A DNA stretch of 64,000 bases from contig JAJRXD010000018.1 of the NCBI GenBank assembly GCA_024276465.1, positions 18,997 to 82,996 on the forward strand, in the 5' to 3' direction. Source of the DNA: Deltaproteobacteria bacterium (GTDB taxonomy: Bacteria; Desulfobacterota; WTBG01; CAIYCZ01; CAIRTM01). Shown piece by piece: positions 10,738 to 21,220 of the stretch. A program made the position numbers and the translations under genes. The notes below the pieces were generated by a model that had not been told where the DNA came from, made no database searches, and saw only the letters and a program-made list of their open reading frames with translations. The stretch's first letter is position 1. Each line of letters begins with the position of its first letter.

Positions 10738-11583
10738 ATGATAATAAAACATTTTAATACCAGCATAATACGCAGTTTGATCCTGTTTGCAACAGGCATT
10801 ATTGTTTGTTTCAGCACTGAGGCCATTCATGCAGGAGAAAAAAAGATCAACATACCTTTTTTTGATGGAATAAAACTTCAAATCTCAAACGCTTACCCCA
10901 AACTGACTAATGCCAATCACATGATAGAGGATGTAAACAAGACGGCCGGAAGCAGCCTGAGGGACTGGGATACCATAGACATTTTTACTCTGGATGTTGT
11001 GTTATGGAAAGACCTTTCGAAATATTTTAAAACTGATTTTGCAGTGTCAGTATCAACAGGTTCCCTGGTTTCATCAAGCAATGGATTTAACGGTACACCA
11101 CTTGATATGGGCATCAGGATGCGCCAGAGATACAGCACAATTGAGTTTTGGACAAACTTTTATTATTACCCTTTTACTACTGATTACAGGGATGAGTACA
11201 GATCAGGCCACATTATTGAACCTTTTATTGCTGCTGGAATTGGTTATACATTTTTTAGAAGCGAATCTGTTTTCAAAATCAGAAAGGGGAATCTGCTTTA
11301 TAACAGGATAAGAAACAACTGGAATAAAGGCGAATGGGCTTATAAAATGATGACAGGGTTTAATGTTAATCTTGGCAATGTTACTCCTGAGCTTGACAGG
11401 TGGGTTATTACCTGTTCTGCCTTTTATATATGGAACCGTCTGAAAGGGCGTTCCAATCTGCACCTGACAGATGGGATGACTGTGTTTGGGAGACCAGTCA
11501 ATGTCAATATTCAAAAAAGCAACAGAATGGACATTGATCTGACAGGCCCCTGCTTTTCACTGGCTATTGGCAGATACTTTTAA
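10738..11583 (+). CDS. putative outer-membrane beta-barrel protein
   Basis: Signal peptide. Alternating aromatic/hydrophobic pattern. C-terminal ...IGRYF ending in Phe. Lies 13 nt after the kinase stop, so likely co-transcribed. Confidence 0.45.
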   Translation: MIIKHFNTSIIRSLILFATGIIVCFSTEAIHAGEKKINIPFFDGIKLQISNAYPKLTNANHMIEDVNKTAGSSLRDWDTIDIFTLDVVLWKDLSKYFKTDFAVSVSTGSLVSSSNGFNGTPLDMGIRMRQRYSTIEFWTNFYYYPFTTDYRDEYRSGHIIEPFIAAGIGYTFFRSESVFKIRKGNLLYNRIRNNWNKGEWAYKMMTGFNVNLGNVTPELDRWVITCSAFYIWNRLKGRSNLHLTDGMTVFGRPVNVNIQKSNRMDIDLTGPCFSLAIGRYF

Positions 11584-11659
11584 GGCTGCTGTGAACCGTG
11601 TGTTATCACATATGTGGACTTAACAGCCCTGCCTGCTGTGAAAAAACCGGGACATCCCT

Positions 11660-12478
11660 TTAATGAAATTCCAAACTGTTATCAGCAACAACCTGCACGA
11701 CCTCAGGATCAAACTGTGTTCCAGATGACCTCCTTATCTCCTGCAACGCATCTTCGACTGAAAAAGCCTTTCTGAAAGTAAGGTCAGAGCGAAGAAAATC
11801 ATATGCCCCGGCTACAGAAATTATCCGGGAGTTTAATTCGATGTCAGTGCCACCGATTTCATCAGGATAACCCCTGCCGTCGAATCGTTCATGGTGATGC
11901 CTGATAGAAGAGGCATACGGGCTTAAGTGTTCTATTTCCGATACGATTTTTCCTCCAATCTCAGGATGTTTTTTTACCAGAAAAAATTCCTGGTCTGTCA
12001 GCCGTCCCGGCTTTCCAAGAATGACTTCACTTATGCCAACTTTCCCGACATCGTGAAGAAGGGCACTCAGTTTTAAGTCATGAATTTTCTGTTCGGTGAA
12101 TCCCATTTTCTTTCCAATTGAACATGACATGTCAGCAACCCTTGAAGAATGGCCTGAAGAAACTATGTCACGGGTGTCAAGCGCTTTTATGAGAGATTCC
12201 ACAGTACTGACTAATGTGCCTAACAGGCTGTTATAGGCAGTCAGAAGTTCCGGGGTTGAATAATTTTCAAGTGTCTTTTCCTGCTCAACAGCAAATCCCA
12301 GGTCTTTTAAATCGCTCAGCCTGATTCTGTGGTGTCCGCCGGGAGTTTTTATGGCCTTTAATTTTCCGGAGTAGATATAGTTTTTAATTGTCTGAGTGGT
12401 TACATTTAATAACGTGGCAGCTTCGCGGGTGTTGAGGATCTCTTTTGAGGCAAAATCATTTGATCTTTTTAGCATCAT
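11660..12478 (-). CDS. HD-GYP c-di-GMP phosphodiesterase with N-terminal helix-turn-helix
   Basis: HD...HHERFDGRGYP motifs, i.e. the HD-GYP signature. N-terminal excisionase/MerR-like HTH (LLNVTTQTIKNYIYSGKL). Confidence 0.75.
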   Translation of the reverse strand: MMLKRSNDFASKEILNTREAATLLNVTTQTIKNYIYSGKLKAIKTPGGHHRIRLSDLKDLGFAVEQEKTLENYSTPELLTAYNSLLGTLVSTVESLIKALDTRDIVSSGHSSRVADMSCSIGKKMGFTEQKIHDLKLSALLHDVGKVGISEVILGKPGRLTDQEFFLVKKHPEIGGKIVSEIEHLSPYASSIRHHHERFDGRGYPDEIGGTDIELNSRIISVAGAYDFLRSDLTFRKAFSVEDALQEIRRSSGTQFDPEVVQVVADNSLEFH

Positions 12479-12885
12479 ACCCCCCTTTTTTTTGAATTAT
12501 TAAAACTTGTTTCCACTAAGTCTATCAACAATATATTGTACTCCTTAACTGAACATATACTATATATATAAAAAAATCAACAGAAGTCAAGAAAAAATAT
12601 TAGCATGCTCTTGAAAACTGTTAAGAATTAACTATACTATAAATCACAGGGAAGAAGGCGGTTAAGCTCAATAATTAGGGGCATAATAGTTTATCAAGCA
12701 TTTCTTTCTCACCACCACAGCTGTGATGTGGCAGGAACAACTAAACGTAAAGACTTAGTTTTCAACTGGTCTTTTGCTTTGCAACTGCAGTACTTGTGTG
12801 CAAAGAAATATGTAAGGGAAATAACAATTCTGCCTTCTTCCTTTTTTTCATTTTTGCTGCAAATGTTTTTTTTAACTGATTTTAA

Positions 12886-13230
12886 CTAATCATTAAATCC
12901 CAGTGCTTCAATAACATTTTCAATTCCCCTGAAATCATCAGCGTTAACATCTATCAGTTCAAATCCAGTATCATAAAAATCCGAATTAACACTTTTTTCA
13001 CACCATTTGCTTTTGGCATCGAAGTTAAGGAATTCATGTTCGCTCAAATCTGTTTGCAGCTGGATTTTAAAATGAAATATTTTATCAGCTTCAATTGGCG
13101 TTTCACTCATAATCATGATACCTTTAGTTGTTATATTTATCAGGAATCCAACAGGCTTAGCCGTATTTCTTTCAATGACCTTTAAGTAATATATTAAGTG
13201 TCTCCGTTTAACCTGTCTTTGTTCTGCCAT
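12886..13230 (-). CDS. PilZ-like domain protein
   Basis: 114 aa. RxxxR-like QVKRRH followed by NITTKG (a D/NxSxxG-like motif). Confidence 0.5.
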   Translation of the reverse strand: MAEQRQVKRRHLIYYLKVIERNTAKPVGFLINITTKGIMIMSETPIEADKIFHFKIQLQTDLSEHEFLNFDAKSKWCEKSVNSDFYDTGFELIDVNADDFRGIENVIEALGFND

Positions 13231-13406
13231 TTTGTCCTCTCTTTTAGTTTAATGAACAGCAACCTTTCAAAACAACTCTTGTGTGTTTTACTGAAATTTT
13301 ATATCATGTACAATCTTTATGTTCAATATTAATATCATAGCAATGATTGGAAACTGCAGTTTTATATTAATGTGTGCTGTATCGACTAACAAACTGACAA
13401 AATATT

Positions 13407-14012
13407 ATGAAAAAATTAGTTCTTGCTTCAGGGTCCCCTCGACGCAGCCGCATGCTCAGGAACCTGGCTGTTGAGTTTTCCGTTGCTGAAAGTGCTTTCG
13501 TTGAAGCCCGTGGTGCCGGTAAACAGTCACCCCGGGAATATGTGCAGCAAAATGCCAGAGGCAAAGCTCAGGATGTAGCCGGTCAGTTTGAAAATGCGGT
13601 GGTTATCGGGGCAGATACTGTGGTTGTCTGCGGCAGCAGGCTGCTTGGAAAACCATCCACACATGAAGAAGCTTTTCAATATCTGAGCATGCTAAAGGGA
13701 AAAACCCACCAGGTCTATACAGGCATTTGCCTTGTTGAATCATATGATAACAGGGTGCTGATTGATTATGAAAAAACATCTGTCAGATTCAGACAACTCA
13801 CTGATGAGCAAATAAGACTTTACCTGGAACGTATTAATCCGCTGGATAAGGCGGGTGCCTATGCTATTCAGGGGGCTGGTTCAATTATAGTTGAATCCAT
13901 TGCAGGATGTTACTATAATGTTATGGGCTTTCCTGTTTCAAAGCTTGAGCAGATGCTGACAGTGCTGGGGATGTCCCTGTTTGACTATATGAAGTTGAAA
14001 AAGAACAGGTGA
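13407..14012 (+). CDS. maf: Maf-like nucleoside triphosphate pyrophosphatase
   Basis: Opens LVLASGSPRRSRML, the canonical Maf N-terminus. Confidence 0.85.
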   Translation: MKKLVLASGSPRRSRMLRNLAVEFSVAESAFVEARGAGKQSPREYVQQNARGKAQDVAGQFENAVVIGADTVVVCGSRLLGKPSTHEEAFQYLSMLKGKTHQVYTGICLVESYDNRVLIDYEKTSVRFRQLTDEQIRLYLERINPLDKAGAYAIQGAGSIIVESIAGCYYNVMGFPVSKLEQMLTVLGMSLFDYMKLKKNR

Positions 14013-14128
14013 TGTTTCAGGGCAAATACTGGCGTGAGCCCGGATATTGCATGGACAGACGGAAAGTTTTCAGCTAACATGGCCCAAGAGTTCATCAATT
14101 TTGTTTTGTAAAAACTGGAAGGCATACT

Positions 14129-14890
14129 ATGAAAGACAGGGCAATTGTTTTGTCAACATTCGGGGTGCCGGCTTCAGTGCCGGTAACCTGTGCTTATGCT
14201 GAGGAAAAATTTCTTAAACGTTTTCCTGATGAAGATTTTTTCATGGCTTTTCCTTCCAGAGAACAGGGGGTGGAAAACAGACATGAAGGGATGTCATGTG
14301 ACAGTACCTGGCATGTCCTGGAAAAGCTTAAAAAGGAGGGATACAAAAAAATTGTTTTTCAATCATTGCATATTGTCCCTGGTATGGAATTTGAAAAAGA
14401 AACAAAAGAAGTCGAAAAATCACATCTTTGTGTATCTGTAGGCATGCCGCTCTTAAGCAGCGAAATAGACTGTTACAGGGCACTTGATGCCATGTCTGAC
14501 AGAATTCCTGATCCGGAAGACTGCATTACCGTATTTGTTGGCTCTGGAACAACCCACAGCGGTGCAGGGACAATGTACATGCAGTTTGCAGGGTGCGTAA
14601 AGGCAAAATACAATAAAAACGTGCATGTTTGTCTGACAGACGGGGTCCTGTTTTGGGAATCTGCTCTTGGTGAAATCAAAAGAAGTGAAATAAAAAAAAT
14701 TAAATTTATTCCTTTGATGTTTGTGGCTGGTGAACAGATGAAAAATGATCTGTTTGGCAGCCATAACAATGCATGGAAAAGCCAGCTTAACGGCTATGAA
14801 ATTAACGGAAGTGAAAAGGGGCTTGGCTTTAATGAGAAAATTCTTGAAATTTATTTTGACCATTTACAAAATGCGATGGACAGGCTGTAG
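14129..14890 (+). CDS. cbiK: sirohydrochlorin cobaltochelatase CbiK-like
   Basis: 253 aa class II chelatase-like. Contains SLHIVPGMEF and VFVGSGTTHSG blocks. Assigned from memory of the family only. Confidence 0.45.
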   Translation: MKDRAIVLSTFGVPASVPVTCAYAEEKFLKRFPDEDFFMAFPSREQGVENRHEGMSCDSTWHVLEKLKKEGYKKIVFQSLHIVPGMEFEKETKEVEKSHLCVSVGMPLLSSEIDCYRALDAMSDRIPDPEDCITVFVGSGTTHSGAGTMYMQFAGCVKAKYNKNVHVCLTDGVLFWESALGEIKRSEIKKIKFIPLMFVAGEQMKNDLFGSHNNAWKSQLNGYEINGSEKGLGFNEKILEIYFDHLQNAMDRL

Positions 14891-14955
14891 CACTACTTGA
14901 AACATGTTCTTTACACAGGGAGATATTGCAATCACTGTTAAGGTTCAGGCTTACA

Positions 14956-15660
14956 TCAGACCCGTCCCTTTAAAAAACTCTGTCTTTTAGATTCCGGAAA
15001 TTTTTCAATTGAATAGCGTAACATTGTTCGTGGCATTTTCCTGTAGTATTTTCTCAGGAAATTCTCTTCAGCGGGCAGGTGACGCTTCCCGATCTCGCGC
15101 AGCATCCATCCAACTGCTTTGTGGATCAGGTCTTCTTCGTCAGACATTAACATTCCGGCAATCTTGAGTGTCTCGGAAAACTCGTTATGCTTGATAAAAT
15201 GAAATGTTGATATTATGGAAATCCGGCGCTCCCACAAAACATCCGATTTTGCCAGTCTGTAAAGAGGTTTCCTGCTTTTGTCTATTAAAAAAGCCCCTAC
15301 AATATGTGCGGCTGTAACATCAACGAGATCCCAGCTGTTTATAAATTGTGTACTCTTCAGGTACAGCTCATATATTTTCTTTTTCTCAGATTCGTTTCCT
15401 GTGGAATATTTACGAACAAGTATCAGGAGTGCAAGAAGCCTTTGTTCATGAATGGAGGATTTGAGCAGTCTCCCTGTATCACTTAATGAAATGTTCTGGT
15501 ATTGTACTGACAGTTTCCTCAGAGTCGGGACCTGAATTCCAAGAAAAACATCACCCTCACCATATTCACCCGGTCCTGTCTTGAAAAACCTCTGGAGCAC
15601 CGCTGCTTTTTCCCTGTTCCCTGATGCAAGCAGTATATTGTGGATTTCCTGTGCAGCCAT
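14956..15660 (-). CDS. DNA alkylation repair enzyme (AlkD/AlkC HEAT-repeat family)
   Basis: Helical-repeat protein whose start MAAQEIHNILLASGNREKAAVLQRFFKTG matches the DNA alkylation repair family. The ATG at 15660 abuts the upstream gene's end. Confidence 0.55.
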   Translation of the reverse strand: MAAQEIHNILLASGNREKAAVLQRFFKTGPGEYGEGDVFLGIQVPTLRKLSVQYQNISLSDTGRLLKSSIHEQRLLALLILVRKYSTGNESEKKKIYELYLKSTQFINSWDLVDVTAAHIVGAFLIDKSRKPLYRLAKSDVLWERRISIISTFHFIKHNEFSETLKIAGMLMSDEEDLIHKAVGWMLREIGKRHLPAEENFLRKYYRKMPRTMLRYSIEKFPESKRQSFLKGRV

Positions 15661-15661
15661 A

Positions 15662-16132
15662 TTATTTTGTTGAGTTATGTGTTTGACGCTTTGTAAATGC
15701 TTTGAGTGTAATGAAATAGGCCACAACTCCAGAAGCTGAACCTAAAAGCACTCCTCCTGTCAGCATGGTATAAAAAACATCAATCCCCAGCTTTACGATG
15801 TCAGAAATCGACTTTGTTTCTGCTACAAAAGGTGATGAAGTGCCAAGGAGTATTTGGCCCAGTTTGTAGCTTGCAAGGTAGCAAAAGGGCAGGGTAAGGG
15901 GGTTGCTTAACCAGACCCCGATAGCAGCAGCTCTTTTGCTGCCCTTAAGGATAAAAGCCAGGGCAACAGCTATTGGAGTTTGAAATGGAAAAGACGGAGT
16001 CAGGCTTACAAATACTCCAATTGCAATTCCCATGGAAACATAATGGGGCTTGCCCTGAAGTTGCTTAAAGCTGTTAATAAAGTCACGGCCACTGTGCTTG
16101 ACAATCCGCTGTCTTATTTTTTTGAATTCCAA
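15662..16132 (-). CDS. DUF2062-family membrane protein
   Basis: Small protein with two or three TM helices. Pattern resembles DUF2062. Confidence 0.45.
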   Translation of the reverse strand: MEFKKIRQRIVKHSGRDFINSFKQLQGKPHYVSMGIAIGVFVSLTPSFPFQTPIAVALAFILKGSKRAAAIGVWLSNPLTLPFCYLASYKLGQILLGTSSPFVAETKSISDIVKLGIDVFYTMLTGGVLLGSASGVVAYFITLKAFTKRQTHNSTK

Positions 16133-16506
16133 CTTAACTGGTCGCTTTCATCAGCATGCATCACTGTTTACGAATTGCAGGGTTAAATATTTTTTTGCTT
16201 TGGAACTGAAATAGAATATTATAACATGAAAAATCAGATTAAAGAAAAGAAAAAACGCTGCAAATTGAAGTGATGGCTGAACTCAGGCCCCATACACAGA
16301 TGTGTCTGAAATTCTGTGTGAATTGTAATGCACAAGTATATGTTATGTGTGCAGCAGTTTTTTCCTGTGTCTGCTTTTTGTTGACCGGAAGGTGTTGCGC
16401 AGGCCCTGTCCCGAATCCTTTCGGGGCTTCACTTTTAATTGACATGACACAGGCTTTATCCTAATATTGCCTCGGATAAATAAGATTAACAAGGAGGTTA
16501 AGACAT

Positions 16507-17019
16507 ATGGATGTAATGGAAGCAATTAAAACAAGAAAAAGTATACGGGCTTTCATCGACAAGCCGGTAGAGGAGGAGAAGCTTAACAAAGTCATAGAGG
16601 CGGGAAGGCTTGCTCCATCAGCATCAAACCGGCAGGAGTGGCGTTTTATAATTGTACGGGATCCTGATTTGCGTCAGGGTCTTGCATCTGCAGCCAGAGG
16701 ACAGACATTTGTCGGCGAAGCCCCTGTTGTGATTGTTGCCTGTGCTGAAACAGATAACCATGTTATGACATGCGGACAGCTTTGTTATCCGATTGATGTA
16801 GCTATTGCGCTTGACCACATGTCACTTGCTGCAGTTGATTTCGGGCTTGGCGGGTGCTGGATAGGGGCTTTTGATGAGGAAAAGGTTAAGACCCTTCTGG
16901 GTATACCAGAGGAGGTAAGGGTTGTTGAGCTGATGCCGATTGGCTATGCTTCCGACCCTTCGATAAGGGAAAAGAATCGCCTGAGTGTTAGGGAGATTGT
17001 GAAATACGAGAGGTGGTAA
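16507..17019 (+). CDS. nitroreductase family protein
   Basis: Begins MEAIKTRKSIRAF, the nitroreductase N-terminal signature. 170 aa. Confidence 0.8.
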   Translation: MDVMEAIKTRKSIRAFIDKPVEEEKLNKVIEAGRLAPSASNRQEWRFIIVRDPDLRQGLASAARGQTFVGEAPVVIVACAETDNHVMTCGQLCYPIDVAIALDHMSLAAVDFGLGGCWIGAFDEEKVKTLLGIPEEVRVVELMPIGYASDPSIREKNRLSVREIVKYERW

Positions 17020-17471
17020 AAAAGGATAAAAAAAGCCTGCTGTTCTGGAAGACAAAAAGCCTTAGTGAAATGACAATCTCTGAGTGGGAGTCCCTTTGTG
17101 ATGGCTGTTCAAAATGCTGTCTTCAGAAAATAGAGGATGAAGACACCGGGAATGTTTTTTACACCTGTATTGTCTGCAGGTACATGGATATGAAAACCTG
17201 CAGGTGTAAACACTACACAAGCCGGACCAGGCTTGTGCCAAACTGTTTCATGCTGAGACCACAGGACGTTGAGAAGCTGTACTGGCTGCCCCAGACATGT
17301 GCTTACCGGCTTGTAGCTGAAGGCAGGGATCTTGAGTGGTGGCATCCTTTAGTGTCAGGAAGCACTGACAGCGTGCATGAAGCAGGAATTTCTGTTCGTG
17401 GAAAGGTGTTGTCTGAGGAATATGTTCATCCGGATGGATGGCATGAACACATAATTGACTGGGTTGACTGA
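17013..17471 (+). CDS. ycgN: YcgN/UPF0260 family protein
   Basis: Block WESLCDGCSKCCL...KTCRCKHY...WLPQTCAYRL matches E. coli YcgN nearly residue for residue. Confidence 0.8.
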   Translation: MVKKDKKSLLFWKTKSLSEMTISEWESLCDGCSKCCLQKIEDEDTGNVFYTCIVCRYMDMKTCRCKHYTSRTRLVPNCFMLRPQDVEKLYWLPQTCAYRLVAEGRDLEWWHPLVSGSTDSVHEAGISVRGKVLSEEYVHPDGWHEHIIDWVD

Positions 17472-18315
17472 AATGAAACTATATTCCATACATGCCGGAA
17501 ATTTTAAATTAGATGGTGGTGCAATGTTCGGGATTGTACCCAAAGTGCTCTGGGACAGGGTATACCCTTCTGAAGAAGATAATCTTTGTACCTGGGCTAT
17601 GCGCTGCCTGCTTGTAGAAGAATCTGACCGCCTGATTCTGATTGACAATGGTATGGGCGACAAACAGGGGGAAAAGTTTTTCAGCCGATACCTGTTGGAT
17701 AGAGAACATTCGCTGAAAAAATCTCTGGCAAACTGCGGGTTTGATTTTAATGATATTACAGATGTTTTTTTGACACATTTGCACTTTGATCACTGTGGGG
17801 GCAGTGTAGAATGGAACAGGAATCATACAGGTTTTGAACCGGCCTTTAAAAATGCAGTTTACTGGACCAATAAAGAACACTGGGAACTTGCTTTAAACCC
17901 CAATTCCAGAGAGAAGGGCTCCTTCCTGAAAGAAAACATTATGCCTCTGTTTGAAAGCGGAAATCTGAAGTTTGTTGAGGGAGAGTGTGAGCTGATAAAT
18001 AATTTCCATGTAAAAATATTACAGGGCCATACAACATCCCAAATGATTCCCCAGATAAAATGTCAGGGGAAAACCGTTGTTTTTGCTGCTGATCTCATTC
18101 CTTCTGCTGCCCATATCCCTTTGCCATGGATCATGTCTTATGATACCCTGCCCCTTGTGACATTAAAGGAGAAGGAACTACTCCTGAAAGAAGCTGCTGA
18201 GGGGGAATGTATTCTGTTTTTTGAACATGACAGGCATAATGAATGCTGTACCGTAAAAAGAACTGAAAAAGGGGTGAGGTTAGACAAAACATTTGATTTG
18301 AAGGAAGTATTCTGA
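17455..18315 (+). CDS. MBL-fold metallo-hydrolase
   Basis: THLHFDHCGG metallo-beta-lactamase motif. Confidence 0.8.
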   Translation: MTGLTEMKLYSIHAGNFKLDGGAMFGIVPKVLWDRVYPSEEDNLCTWAMRCLLVEESDRLILIDNGMGDKQGEKFFSRYLLDREHSLKKSLANCGFDFNDITDVFLTHLHFDHCGGSVEWNRNHTGFEPAFKNAVYWTNKEHWELALNPNSREKGSFLKENIMPLFESGNLKFVEGECELINNFHVKILQGHTTSQMIPQIKCQGKTVVFAADLIPSAAHIPLPWIMSYDTLPLVTLKEKELLLKEAAEGECILFFEHDRHNECCTVKRTEKGVRLDKTFDLKEVF

Positions 18316-18412
18316 GGCAGACTATCCTTGCTCAGGATCAAAGGGACTTTCTCATGATTTCCAGAAGTTCATAGGGTACATTCAGATTGTTTCTTCCTTT
18401 CCCAAGCTCTAT

Positions 18413-19174
18413 TTATTTCATGTTATTACCATGAAAGTCGCTTCCCCCGGTTATCAGCAGGCCGAGCTTATCTGCAATCTGATGGTAAACCTTTGTCTGT
18501 TGTGACTTGTGTTCAGAATAGTATACTTCAATTCCTTTCAATCCATATTTTTTCAGGTCTGACACTATTGACTCAAGCTCTGCCGTGTTCTGGCAGCTTA
18601 ATGTGTTTGGGTGGGCAAGCACGGGTATTCCGCCTGCATTCAGGATGTGGGATATGGCTTCATGGGGTGGAAACCTGAACTTGTCTTCATAGGCAGGAGC
18701 TCCTTTTTTCAGGTACCTGTCAAAAGCATCCTGCGTATTTTTAACATAGCCCTTTTTCAGCAATACCTGTGCAAAGTGAGGGCGTCCGACCAGGCCGGTC
18801 CCTGATTCTTCAATAACCTCTTCATAGCTGATTTCAATGCCCAGGCCCTGGAGTTTTTTTATAATCCCTGGATTTCTTTCTGCACGGGCTTTTTGCAGTT
18901 CCGAGATGTTTTGCAGAAAAATATTATCCCTGTAGTCAATATAATACCCAAGTATATGTAAAGTACTGTTTGGAGATTCAGCACTGATCTCAATGCCCGG
19001 GATAACCTCAAATCCGTTTTTTTCTCCTGCTGCCAGAGCCTCCCCAACTCCCCCGACAGTATCGTGGTCTGTGAGTGCAATAGCTTCAAGGTTCATTTTG
19101 CAGGCATGCTCAACCAGCGCTGTTGGTGACAGGTTGCCGTCTGACGCTGTGGAATGCGTATGTAGATCAATCAT
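18413..19174 (-). CDS. PHP-domain phosphoesterase (TrpH/YciV-like)
   Basis: MIDLHTHSTASDG PHP N-terminal motif. Later His/Asp metal ligands. Confidence 0.8.
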   Translation of the reverse strand: MIDLHTHSTASDGNLSPTALVEHACKMNLEAIALTDHDTVGGVGEALAAGEKNGFEVIPGIEISAESPNSTLHILGYYIDYRDNIFLQNISELQKARAERNPGIIKKLQGLGIEISYEEVIEESGTGLVGRPHFAQVLLKKGYVKNTQDAFDRYLKKGAPAYEDKFRFPPHEAISHILNAGGIPVLAHPNTLSCQNTAELESIVSDLKKYGLKGIEVYYSEHKSQQTKVYHQIADKLGLLITGGSDFHGNNMK

Positions 19175-19181
19175 ATGTTTT

Positions 19182-20987
19182 TTACCAGGGGTTAAAAATT
19201 ATCCCCTTATCCTGCAAAAGGGTTTTCAGCATGTCCACGGACTCTTCCAGGTTATCCGGATCTTGTATCCTTACATCATAAGCAATGTCGGTTGTTACGT
19301 TTTCGCCTACCCAGACAGTTTCGATTTTTTCAGATGTTATGATGGTTCTCATAATCTCCAGATCTTCCTGGGTAAGGTCGATTGCCGTTACAATAAGGAT
19401 GATGCCTGCATCAAGCAGGATATTTACAACTTCTGAAAGCCTTCGGATATGCTCTTTCCTCTGGTGCTCTTTGCCCTTAATATCAGCATCTATCCCATAG
19501 AGGACATTTCCTATGCCTAAAAAGTAAACGACCCTGCCATCTGCAAAAAGGCGGTCCTCCAGGCTTTTTGCCAGGGCTTTTTTGCCGGCATCCTTTCCGC
19601 CTGTTAACAGGATGAGTGTAGATTTCTGGTTGTATTTTTCTGCACGTTTTTCAGACTCTATGATGCTTTTTTCCCATTTGTAATTTCTCAGCATAACCGT
19701 GTCTCTCAGCCATGTCTGCTTGTCCTCGAGAGCCTCTGCAATAATCCCTCCACCGCGTATCTCATAGTTGTCAACAATAACAAACCTGCTTGTTCCTGCT
19801 ATGTCTGTGGCTAAATCAAAAGCTATTGCTTTGTTCAGTTTCAGGGTGCATTCTGCAACATCGTGGCGCTCAATCTGTTTTTTTTTGTTTGTTGTGTTCA
19901 GATCCGATGCATCAATAACCCTTGTTACCTCCTCAACTCTTGCAGGCACGCGGCATGTGCCTAACTTGAAAAGATACTCTTTTTTCATAATCATCGGGTC
20001 CTTACCCAGCCAGAACAGGTTGACTTTAATACGGGAAGTTACACATGGTTTAAGGCCGTTTGATTTTGCAGCAATTTCGCCCCTTGCTATATAAATCTGT
20101 TCCTCAAGCGTAAAACCGGTTGCCAGACCACATTGTGCTTCTTCTTTAGGGGGGGCATTAAAGGTTTCTATGGTCCTGATCCTGCTTTTTTTGCCTGACG
20201 GATAAAACACGATTTCATCGCCGCAGTTGACTGTTCCTGTTTCAATTGTTCCCACCACAATACGCCTGTTGTCTCCAAATTTTGTAAATTTATAGACATC
20301 CTGAACCGGCATCCGGAAGGGCTTGTCTATTTGCCGGGGTTCCTTTTCTAACTTGTCTAAAATTTCAAGAACCGTCTCATTAGTATACCACTGCATTTTG
20401 GTTGAAGGCTGTGCTATGTTATCCCCCTGCATTGCGCTTAAGGGTATAAAGCACACTGGGTTTACATCTATATCCTTTAAAAACGATGTGTATTCAGACA
20501 CAATTGCCTCGAAAACTTCTCTCCTGTAGTCAACAAGGTCCATCTTGTTTACCAGAACCGCAATCTGCTTAATCCCTAACATGGAAATCATATATCCATG
20601 CCGCCGTGAGTTTTCCCGTACCCCTTCTTCTGCATCAATTACCAGAAGTGCAGCCTCACCCCTGGATGCGCCTGTTACCATGTTCTTTAAAAACTCAATA
20701 TGTCCTGGAGCATCAAGTATTATGTAATTGCGCTTGCTGGTTTTAAAAAAAACGCGGGCAGTATCTATGGTAATGCCCTGGGCCTGTTCATCCTTTAATG
20801 CATCAATCAGAAAGGCATACTCAAAGGGTTTTGAATTTTTTTTACAGTTCTCTTTTACCTGTTCAAGCTTTCCGTCAGGAAGAGAGTTGGTGTCGGCCAG
20901 AAGCCTTCCTATAACAGTGCTTTTGCCATGATCAACATGACCGGCAATTACAATGTTCATCTTTTGTTTTTCATTATTTTTTTCCAT
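19182..20987 (-). CDS. cysNC: sulfate adenylyltransferase subunit 1 fused to APS-kinase-like domain (CysN/CysC)
   Basis: GTPase G1 ([10 protein letters not shown]) and an EF-Tu-like body. C-terminal ~170 aa APS-kinase-like domain whose P-loop is degenerate ([10 protein letters not shown]). Confidence 0.7.
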   Translation of the reverse strand: MEKNNEKQKMNIVIAGHVDHGKSTVIGRLLADTNSLPDGKLEQVKENCKKNSKPFEYAFLIDALKDEQAQGITIDTARVFFKTSKRNYIILDAPGHIEFLKNMVTGASRGEAALLVIDAEEGVRENSRRHGYMISMLGIKQIAVLVNKMDLVDYRREVFEAIVSEYTSFLKDIDVNPVCFIPLSAMQGDNIAQPSTKMQWYTNETVLEILDKLEKEPRQIDKPFRMPVQDVYKFTKFGDNRRIVVGTIETGTVNCGDEIVFYPSGKKSRIRTIETFNAPPKEEAQCGLATGFTLEEQIYIARGEIAAKSNGLKPCVTSRIKVNLFWLGKDPMIMKKEYLFKLGTCRVPARVEEVTRVIDASDLNTTNKKKQIERHDVAECTLKLNKAIAFDLATDIAGTSRFVIVDNYEIRGGGIIAEALEDKQTWLRDTVMLRNYKWEKSIIESEKRAEKYNQKSTLILLTGGKDAGKKALAKSLEDRLFADGRVVYFLGIGNVLYGIDADIKGKEHQRKEHIRRLSEVVNILLDAGIILIVTAIDLTQEDLEIMRTIITSEKIETVWVGENVTTDIAYDVRIQDPDNLEESVDMLKTLLQDKGIIFNPW

Positions 20988-21220
20988 AATTTTCCTTTTG
21001 TTTTAATCCTTTGTGCTCTATACCTGTATAATTTTTTCAGCACATAAATGCTGAGATTAGGGTTCCAGTGGTCGAGGATTCAAGGGGCCAAGTGTTTTAA
21101 ACAAATATCGAATATCTGAAAATGTCAAATGATAAAGTTTGTTTTTAAGTATTTCACTTGATACCTCGAACCCTTTATTGCCTTTGTGTATGGTTTGTTT
21201 TAACCCTCAACCCGTATTAC

